A DNA stretch of 58,773 bases, counting the filler, from Catajapyx aquilonaris (taxonomy: Eukaryota): NCBI GenBank assembly GCA_000934665.2. It is 4 parts of 4 records of this genome, joined end to end, with 100 filler letters (N's around TTAATTAATTAA, not from the genome) between each part and the next. Parts side by side here need not be neighbours in the genome. Positions count along the whole stretch, not along the records: positions 14,658 to 29,214 come from JYFJ02007745.1; positions 29,315 to 44,129 come from KZ539730.1; 2 more parts are not named here. One strand, written 5' to 3'. Of this stretch, positions 28,558 through 38,300 are shown one piece after another. The notes under the pieces were generated by a model that did not search any database, was not told where the DNA came from, and saw only the letters and a list, made by a program, of their open reading frames with translations. The translations under genes and the position numbers were made by a program. Position 1 is the first letter of the stretch; every line of letters begins with the position of its first letter.

Positions 28558-29214
28558 TAAACCAGATTTTCATCAAGAATAACCTATGGATCACCAAAAA
28601 TGAAAAAAAAAAAAACTATCCAAATGAAAGGCCTCACAGCCAAATGTAGATGCTTTGACTCGGTACACTTGTGGGGTGTCACAAATTTTGGTGCAAAAGG
28701 TGATTGTAGTCTAGTGTCATTAATAAAAACTGAAGTAATGAAGTAAGAAGGTTTCAGTGAATTGATGAGTCAGCTGTAACTGAGTAGTGCTGCATTCTTT
28801 TCATAGTTTAAATGACCACAAGAGAGTCTGAAAGGCACATAGATTCTTGTGGCAATGGAAATGCGCTCGTAAAACATCTGTGGAATGATTGAAATAATTC
28901 CTTCGCATGATAAGGCAATATATTCGTCAGACGTCTTATTAGCACTTCTTAATATTGGCAGCGTCCTGGTCATAAATTTCTCATAAAATTTCAGAAAAGC
29001 ACTTCGAGTGTTTAACAATATAACAATGAATAATAGATCTCTGCGTTCTTTTTGTCCACAGCTGGGAAGTCAGGTCAGATAGTAGCTCACTTGCAGTCCT
29101 ATGACAAACACCGTCCCCTGCTGTCTTTCAAGTCCTACGACGGTAAGTACAGCTTAATTATTGTAAATAAGATCGGGGAGTCTGAGAGAGGTTTTGTAAC
29201 GCATTACGCAATGT

Positions 29215-29314
29215 NNNNNNNNNNNNNNNNNNNNNNNNNNNNNNNNNNNNNNNNNNNNTTAATTAATTAANNNNNNNNNNNNNNNNNNNNNNNNNNNNNN
29301 NNNNNNNNNNNNNN
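29215..29314. other. Assembly gap: 100-bp N spacer with TTAATTAATTAA
   Basis: Same construct as 14558-14657. Confidence 0.95.
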
Positions 29315-30098
29315 GCCTGGAGTGAAACAATTCACTCCCTTATATAGCAGAGTACAGTGCATTGTGGGTGGAAGCACAAGGAAAAGTCACGTGACATATG
29401 CTGGCAGAAAGGAAGAGTGAAACGAATGGGGTAATCAAATATGCACTGATATAAAGGTGATGCAAGGTAGCATCAGACTGCATTGAACTGTAGGACGTTT
29501 AGACATAGTAAAACCGGTACGGTCACACAAGTATATACGTATATTAAATCAGTTTGTAATACTATTGTGCTTGAAATGAAAATCAAATTCATACAGCCTA
29601 CCACAAACAGTGTCGATTTTATTTTTTTAAACATTACACAGAAAGAGTCTTCTTTATTATTGTGAATTTTACTTTCACTAGTTGTCGCTTGCATTCCCAC
29701 ACCAACGACAACTCCCTAAGTTAATTCAAGTAAGCTGTAGTCCCAGGCTTGTGTATTTTATGAATGATTTTAATCGCATAGACGATAGACCCAATAAAGG
29801 ATCGGTTTTTCTTGGACAGTCAGTTCTTTTTCCTTGGAAATGTATAGGCTAGCTAGCTAATAGGTAGCCTACCCTCAACATGACACAAGGAAATTCAGTC
29901 TTGTCCTATCTATCTCGGTATTGCGGAAATCTGCATTTAAATTTCGCAAATTCTGATTTAAAATCACCACTGGAGACACCAGTTACCTTGAATAATTTTA
30001 TACAACATTTGCTAGGAATGTTAACTAGAGCCCAATTTTTAGGATTCCATCTTGTTCACGAAAAGTAACATAATAAAATAAATTATTTTTCAACAATT

Positions 30099-30348
30099 GA
30101 GTGGCTGAGAAGCATGCAGAGTGGTTCATGTCGAAAAATATAGTTTTGAGATAAACACATGCAAAGTTCTAGGCTTGCCTTTGCAGCCATGGTAAAAGTA
30201 AGTCACATTAACTTAATAATTTGATAGCAAATATTACAAACGTCTTTAGGCCAAGTTACAAAACAGAGTTTGGCATGGGGAATGCCATGCAAGCGACAAC
30301 TCAAAATTGCCGAATTTCGACATGAACCACTCTGATTCTCAGCCACTC
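30099..30348. mobile_element. MITE, Sola-like (GAG...CTC ends, 4-bp TSD AATT)
   Basis: TIRs GAGTGGCTGAGAA..CAGAGTGGTTCATGTCGAAA / TTTCGACATGAACCACTCTG..TTCTCAGCCACTC; AATT on both sides. Confidence 0.75.
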
Positions 30349-30823
30349 AATTATTGCACAAACACCTTCAATGAGGTATAGTTCTTTCAGGGCAAACTTA
30401 TTTTATTCACTGCTCCGCAACATGTTGGGTAACAGTACTGACATTATCTGATTCAAATGCATCATGTCGACATGTTTTCACATCAGTGTTCGAAATTAGC
30501 ATGTAGCCAGTCGCGGAATATCCATTGGTGATAAAAGATGTCTTGTCGCCTCTTTTGGCGACAGCTAACTTTATTCCTCCAATATTGCATTTCGATCCAC
30601 ATACCCATATTAATTGGGTACGCACTTGCCCCTGACGATGCCAGGGGTAAGTGCGACACAACCCTTTTTAAAAACCATCCTAATAATTATTCCACCAAAA
30701 CGGAACAATAACATCATGATAGTGTACATCTTAACCTCTTATGATCAGTGCCGGAGCGGTTACGCAGCATGCGATACAAGACTTGTCAGAAATTCTGCAA
30801 AAGATACTTACATACTCGCCTAC

Positions 30824-31087
30824 CAGGGGCGGATCCAGGGGGGGGGGGTCATGGGGGTCATGACNNNNNNNNNNNNNNNNNNNNNNNNNNNNNNNNNNNN
30901 NNNNNNNNNNNNNNNNNNNNNNNNNNNNNNNNNNNNNNNNNNNNNNNNNNNNNNNNNNNNNNNNNNNNNNNNNNNNNNNNNNNNNNNNNNNNNNNNNNNN
31001 NNNNNNNNNNNNNNNNNNNNNNNNNNNNNNNNNNNNNNNNNNNGGGACCCCCCCCCCCTCCCCAATCGAAAGTCTGGATCCGCCCTG
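30824..31087. mobile_element. hAT-type MITE (interior gapped, N 30865-31043)
   Basis: TIR CAGGGGCGGATCCAG / CTGGATCCGCCCTG; 8-bp TSD TCGCCTAC at 30816-30823 and 31088-31095. Confidence 0.85.
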
Positions 31088-31098
31088 TCGCCTACGTG

Positions 31099-31727
31099 CA
31101 ATGGCGCACCCAGAAAGATCCCAAGGAGGGGGGGGTAAGAATGCCGCCGCAGGCGAAATTTTTTGGGGGTTCAAGGTCACAAGCTTAGGGGAATGTCACT
31201 GACAACGTACAGTGGAATCCTCCTATACTGTATTCACATATATCGGATACAAGCAAGCAATAAAGGTCGGTCCCTTGATATTTCCAGCAGTGCCAATGTA
31301 CAAGTGCAGTTGAATCTGGATATAACAGACTTGTCTGCTATTATCTGACTGCACAAATCAGGGGCGGATCCAGACTTTCGATTTGGAGGGGGGTCGTCAT
31401 GTCGTCATGGTCCTGTCGGACCGTTCTGTACCAAAAGTATCATACCGCAGACCTGGTGGCGTTTGCGAGACGGAGCGGGGGCATAAAGTCGTAAAGGCTG
31501 TTTTACGAGGTCGCGATTCCGCCCGCCGCTGCCGTTGCGACTTGCGCCCCGTGCTATAGTCGCAGGTTGCGACTAGTACGGGGCAGTCGAAATTTTTTGG
31601 GGGGTTCAAGGTCATAGGAGCTTAGGTGAATGTGGGAGATTTGAATGGGTGTGTACATTTTTATTTCAAAGGGTTTTTGTTCTAAACTAATCGTAATATT
31701 TTTNGCACCCCCCTGGGTGCGCCACAG
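31099..31727. mobile_element. hAT-type non-autonomous element
   Basis: TIR CAATGGCGCACCCAG / CTGGGTGCGCCACAG; 8-bp TSD CCTACGTG at 31091-31098 and 31728-31735; contains another CAGGGGCGGATCCAG end at ~31359. Confidence 0.8.
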
Positions 31728-32051
31728 CCTACGTGTACTGGCCTGAAAAGTTACAACGTCAACTTGACCTTGGCGGCAATTTTTTATCAATAATGTGACG
31801 AAAAAGAGAAGATCGTGCTACTTTTACCATGGAGTTAAAAGGTCATCATGAACGTTTATGTGATTTTCGATAGCTCCTGCCACCTTGTGCCATATATTAG
31901 AAGCAATGCCGCAGTAGCCCCATTTACTGCTTGCCCCGCTTTACCCTAATTGGTGACTTTCCAGTTGCACGCCCCTAGCGGCCAAATTTGGCCTGCCATC
32001 AAAATGGCGGCGTTAGCTGTGCAGAGGCGGGATTTTCCTATCCCTGCCCAT

Positions 32052-33139
32052 GTTAAATGGCCTCTGCTTGCTCGCGCCTGGGGGTCTGGCCCCGGGGCAG
32101 ATCTTGTTGACATATTTTTTTGTGGAGTGAGGATGTTCCTGGCCTGCCCTCACCAGGTTCCAAAAGTTAAATGGCCCCCGGGCGGACCGCCCCCGGAGTG
32201 ATTTTGTGAATGGTGATCGCGCTTTTCTCGATGCTGTCCGGGCTCCGATTGTCCGCGTCTGGGGGTCTGGCCCCGGGGCAGATCTTGTTGACATATTTTT
32301 TTGTGGAGTGAGGATGTTCCTGGCCTGCCCTCACCAGGTTCCAAAAGTTAATTGGCCCCCGGGCGGACTGCCACCGGAGTGATTTTGTGAGTGCGAGTTT
32401 CTCATTACTAATGCTAATATCCGGTCTCTTTATTGTCCGCGTCTGATGGATTGGCCCCGGCCCCGGGGCAGATCTTGCTGGTTTTTTTTGAGTGACCAGA
32501 GACCGGACCTTTCCTTTTACCAGGTGCCTGAAGTGAATCGGCCCCGAGGCGAAGTGCCCCCGGACCCGGAGTGATTTTCTTTTATGGTGGTGACCGCGCT
32601 TTTCTCATTATTACGTATATCTGGGCTCCGATTGTTTGCGTCTGGCGGTTTGGCCCCGGGGCAGATCTTGCTGAGGATGAACCCTTTTGACTATGTTTGT
32701 GTGAGTTTGTAGCTTGCTCATTAAAAAAATCTGTCATATGTTCTAATGAATGTTTGCGATACGATTGTACCGTATACGTGCATATTTTTGCAACAGTTCT
32801 GTTATGCTGGGAGTGTAATGTGACACTGTAATTTATGAAATTAGTGGAACCATTTTAAAAATGCTCAGCAAGATCTACCACGGGGTCAAACCACCAGATG
32901 CGGACAATCGGAGCCCAGATAATAATGAGAAAAGCTCAAGCTGTCACCACTATAACAAAATCACTCCGGGTCCGGGGGCACTTCGCCTCGGGGCCGATTC
33001 ACTTCAGGCACCTGGTAAAGTCCGCTCTATGTTCACTAAAAAAAAAATAACCAGCAAGATCTGCCCCGGGGCCAAACCATCAGACGCGGACAATAAAGAA
33101 TATTATAGTAATGAGAAACTCGCACTCACAAAATCACTC
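32052..33139. repeat. Foldback-like element: ~181-193-bp tandem units plus an inverted ~280-300-bp arm
   Basis: GGCCCCGGGGCAGATCTTG recurs at ~32088, 32269, 32459 and 32652; 32864-33139 is a diverged reverse complement of 32377-32675. Confidence 0.85.
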
Positions 33140-33383
33140 TGGGGGCAAAATAAAAAAATTTTAAACCACTTTAGAGTGAGTGTTGCCGAAAATGTAGAAG
33201 TTTGAACGAACCGCCCGCGCTACGGCGGGAAACTCCATATCTCTTCCCTCCGGAGAGAAGCATTTCAATTAGAAGCCTTCTTGAAACGACATTTCTCCGG
33301 CTGGGCTTCACCTTCATCACGTTCATCCCATCGTGGTTACTCCTTCCAAGCCGGTTGTCCAGTATTTGCGCCCATATTTTTAG

Positions 33384-35345
33384 ATGAGTATGGCCCCTCC
33401 CATATCTGCCTTCAATCCCATGGCAGTGTGGACTGGGTCTCAGCCTCAGGCAGTTCTCGTCCTCAATGACGCCAAGCTCGAGGGCAGACCATACTTGCCT
33501 CGCATCTGGGATCGAGGTAATGGTAATTACCTTCTCAAGATGTGGATAAGGAATATTGTGGAAGTATATCCCATTTGCTTCAGGCAGAATTTTATAATTT
33601 GTGATTGCATGGGTATTATCAGATGCGTCACACTGCGTCTCCGTGTGAACTGCAGGGATTTATTTTCTACCCCATGTTCTAGCCTTAAGCTTGCTAAGGG
33701 AGTCACTCTATAGTATGTACAAATGTCAAGAAATGAAGTAACAACAAAACTAGGGCTCGAAAATTTCTGAGAGTAAGGTGAGTTTACATGTGAGTGATTT
33801 GATGAGCAAAATCTTTGCCGAGGGTGAGTAACCCAAGTAACCAATATTGTTTGAGGCTAAAATCGATTTGTTAATTTCAGCCTCTGCGAAGATTTTGCTC
33901 GTCAAATCGCTCACATGTAAATGTACCTTTATACAGGTTGGAGTGCCAATATTTTATCACTTTATGTAAGAACTCGTGAGACAGTTTTGGGAGGTGGCTT
34001 GAAGACTCACACTATAGTCAATTATTTTTTCTACATTTGAACAACTTTTTGGGTTTAAGGTGTGTTTACATGTCAGCGATTTGATCGCACGATGTCATCG
34101 CCAAGCGATGAATCCAATTGTTCGGAGCAAATGTAACAATCACGGTAACAATCATAACTCGAGTTACTCAGCGATGTTATCGTTCACATGTAAACACACC
34201 TTTAAAAATTTTTAAAGGGAATTTTGAAACTGGCGTTAATGTGAATCAGCTTAAAATGAATGCCTCAAAACAGGTACTTCCTGTACTGACATCACAAGCT
34301 TCTAATTGTTACTTTTGGTGCGAAGGGGTAACCACTCCCCAAAAAAGTGTACACCAGTGATTCCACCTGGTTCCAGGCCATTCCAAGCCGGTTCCAGAGG
34401 GACCCTGTACACTGGTTCCAAGAAGTGGTTACCCCCTCGTTTTGTTGATATTACTGATATTCATTGTTGCCCATTGTGGTGTTAGTACTTTAATAAGGCT
34501 GTCAGAGTTTGCGAGTGTCCTGGCCGAGAAAGGCCCTGCAGCCATTTCATTCCATCACTCAGCCGTGTCTTTATTATAATGCATAAACTACAATATTACT
34601 AAAAGTTACTACAGTTACTGAATTACAACAAGTTACACTGTGTTCTTCGATGTTCTGCGTCCAGTCGTCCCGTCTTTTGCTGTACCGGTCAGCCACTCCA
34701 GTAATCCTCTCGCATGTTGTTCAGGGTCAGTCCTCATCAGTCCAGTCTTCTTCTTCGCGTTAGGTGGCATTGGGCAGCGCCTTCCGTCGCTGACTCCAGT
34801 CCCTTCCTGCATTGAGCTGTGACAGCTCCCGATCCACTGCCATATGAGAAATGGAAAATCGCAGAGGGTTGGTTCATTATGATGCAAGTTTCATCATAAC
34901 AAACCAACATGCATCATAATGAACCAACCCTCTGTGATTTTCCATTACTAATATGCATTTTCCAAAGATGGTAATGGCTCATAACAAACTTGGTATGGCT
35001 CTCTGGCCATTTAATGCACTGTACTATTTATTATTATCAACCGAAGCAGTGGTAGCGAAGGGGATATGGTATCCGACTGCTAATCGGGAGGTCCTGGGTT
35101 CGAATCCCGGTGGCCGCCGACCCTGACCGTGGTTTTCTGTGGTTTCCCATGGTCTCACCAGGAAAATTCCGGGGTCATGTCCGTAATTATAGGCCACAGC
35201 CGCTTCCTTCCATCCCTATCCCATCCCCATATACGAGAAGTAAAGACGAAAGCAAGAGTTCCGGATTTAAAAAAATGGTGGTATCCCACAACCCTAAGAA
35301 GGCCCATGGCTCTAGCACGGGGTACAAATAATAATAATAATAATA

Positions 35346-35376
<31 letters not shown>

Positions 35377-38300
35377 TACTATTTATTATTATCCTTATAA
35401 TTAATCCACGGTTGTGCCGGATAATCAGAAAATACAGATAATCCAAAAATAGTCCTAGATACCGTAAATATGAGCTATTACGAGGTTTTTAAAGAACAAC
35501 ATACTGTACATGCTGCTTTAAATAGGGGTTAATCAAAATAATAAAATTTACAATAAAATTTTAGTTTGTCTTCCAGGACTTGCGAAATTAATTGTTATTC
35601 TTCGGACTTTTGTTTTTGGCGATGCACGGCAAATCTGTATCACAGATAATAATTCACACCTGGATAATTGGGAATATAGTGTAGTACTAGGTCAGTTTGC
35701 AGAACGAGTGAAATGCCCGAAAATTATGTACCATTGCTTTTCATGTATCTTAGAAATAATAATAATAATAATAATTCATACCCCGTTATCAGCTTTTTTC
35801 GGCTCTTTAGGGGGGAAGTTTGTTTTGCCTGGAACTCTTTGCTTTCATTTTACTGTGCTCTTTGGGATAGGATAGGGACGGAAGGAAGCGGCTGTGGCCT
35901 ATTAAGGGGGGGATAAAGAGAATTTGGGAGTAAAGTTCTCGCTAACTAACAACAGCAGAACCAATTTTTTTTGTGTGTGTAAGTGTAACTGACCTCTCTC
36001 TTACACGTGTACACTGTACTTTTCCCATATTCTTAATGTAGTGTTATAAAAAGTCATTTGCATTCGGGAGTAATTTACGCAGTCGTAAAATTTTAAGTGA
36101 TGTCATAACAAGCACTCAAAAATGCGGAAAAATGAGGTGCTCCGGTCTTACAAAGCCGATTTTTACGTTTAGCTGTAAGTATTCGGCAAATAATAATTTT
36201 GTCAAAATTTGACTGATTTGAGAACTACTAGAGGTTGGGGGAGCCCTAATTTTCACGGATTTTATTGTGCCTCGAGGGAATGGTCAATCCTAAAAGAGAC
36301 CCTTCTTTTGTGAACGGAGGGTAATGGATACCCCGTGATAGGCCCCTTGGGCCTCTTAGGGGGTCATCTTTTGAATAACCGACTTCATTTGCCTGTAATG
36401 TGATGGATTTTGATAGTGGGAGGAAACGGGAGAACCCCGAGAAAACCCACGCGAACACGAAGAGAACCCATCGAAACTCGATCCACATAAGTATCCTCCG
36501 TCCGACCCGGGAATCGAACTCGGGACCTTAGAGGTGGAAGGCTGCGGCACTAACCACTCGGCCACCGTGTCGCCCTTTGTGAACGGAGGGTAGAATCCAC
36601 TGTCTCCTCTTTCGGCCAGAGTTGGAACTCGAAGAACTAACAAATTCTAATGATCTCCTCCTTAATTACAGAAGCAACTCCAGAATTTTCCTGAAAGGAC
36701 CACGGGAAACCACAGAAAACCACGGTCAGAGTTGCTGGCCCCGGGAATTTGATCCCAGGACCTCCCGATTAGCAGTCGGACACCATAACCCCTCCTCCAA
36801 ACTGCTTCGGTTGTATCTTAGAAATGAAAAGGAGGCCGACACATGACAAAGGAATTGAAAAATCATGGGGAAACATTATCTCGTGTCTCTATTTTCACAA
36901 CAAACTGACTATCCTTCCCAGCTTTCCTGCTGTTGGATTCCTCTCAAACTTTCACCAAGTAGTCACCGATGCTGAGGACACTATGTACTTTATGAGTACA
37001 TGGAAATTGATTTTGTTGCCTCCCAGTGATCCTGCAGACCCTTGGTATTTTCAGTACCTGTGATGCCGGGACGAAGATAACTCACAGTCAGGCTGCATTT
37101 TCCAATGTGAGGTGAGTCAGCCATCTCAGTCTGGAACATGGCATATGCCACTTTCATTGATAGCAGCACATACTTCATATGGAGGTACGTCTTCTTAGTT
37201 AGAATTCCCTCTTTCTACTGCGAATTATGACCTTATCGCTCATATTTGGGCACTGCCATTAAATATCATTGCACGTGTGAAAAGCCTATACTTTCTCAGT
37301 TGTTTCCAAAAGCATGCTGGGACGTTTAACAACTCTGGTCACCAATCTAGTTCTGGGTCAGCAGTGCACCATAAGAATGAACTCACAATGTTCTAAAAGT
37401 ATCTGGCAGCAACATACAGACCCACACTCTGTTTCGAACTTGCGATGGTGTCTACAGGTTGCTGTGGTATGAGACAAAACATAGATGGTGGCAAATGTGG
37501 TCATTTGGGTTGGTTCGTTATGCTGTAAGTACCAATTGAAAAACAACCAGAAAAGCTGATATTTCACACATGAGTGGACTGGTCAAGCCTAATGAAGGAT
37601 CCAAATTTGAGGGCTCCATTAGAAATAGCAGACGCACACCACTAATTATTCGCTAAAGTTCATAATGAACCAACACCTTCAAAATGGCATATTTTCAATT
37701 GGCCATAGAAAGTGATCCAGCAAACAGAAAAGTCATCCAGTTGGATCGTAGGGCATATCTTTCCCTTTGATATGATATGGAAGACTTAATGTCCCTCTTC
37801 TTCACAAGTCCACTACAGCGAGCCAACTGATGGAAATGCACGTTACATGCATGGAAACCGGAGAGAGCACTCTTTGAAACGCAGAGGGTTCTGGGCCACT
37901 GGGGATGACAGTGTCGGAAAGTAATATGTGAAACGAAACCATGGGGTTCATGCTTCATTTCTATGTGCTTAGATTCCACATGCTTCGAGATTGAAAAATC
38001 ACATTTCATGTCCGCTTTTCCACGGAATTGCCCATAACATATTCAGCCTTGCACAATGGCATGGTAATTTTATAGATTTACTGAAGCAGTAGTGGTGGAG
38101 TGGATATGGTGTCCGACTGCTAATCGGGAGTTCCTGGGTTCGAATCCCGGAGGCCGGCGATCCTGACCTTGGTTTTCTGTGGTTTCCCAAGGTCACCCCA
38201 GGAAAAATTCCGGGATTATACCATAAAATAGGTCACATCCGCTTCCTTCCTTTCCTTGCCCTGGAGGAGGTGCGGGTCAGTGGGGAGGAGGGGGGGGGTG

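Larger units (their letters stand above)
35758..36811 (-). mobile_element. tRNA-derived SINE, family A, split by a TTAA-site DNA element
   Basis: Head at 36662-36811, 3' half at 35758-35905; 14-bp TSD TGTATCTTAGAAAT at 35744-35757 and 36812-36825. Confidence 0.85.

Noticed and set aside
30614..31188. Long ORFs of 146-174 aa
   Set aside because: Open only because they run through an N gap inside a MITE.
32078..32675. Regularly spaced repeats as a CRISPR-like array
   Set aside because: Whole ~185-bp units repeat with no unique spacers, no cas genes, eukaryotic context.
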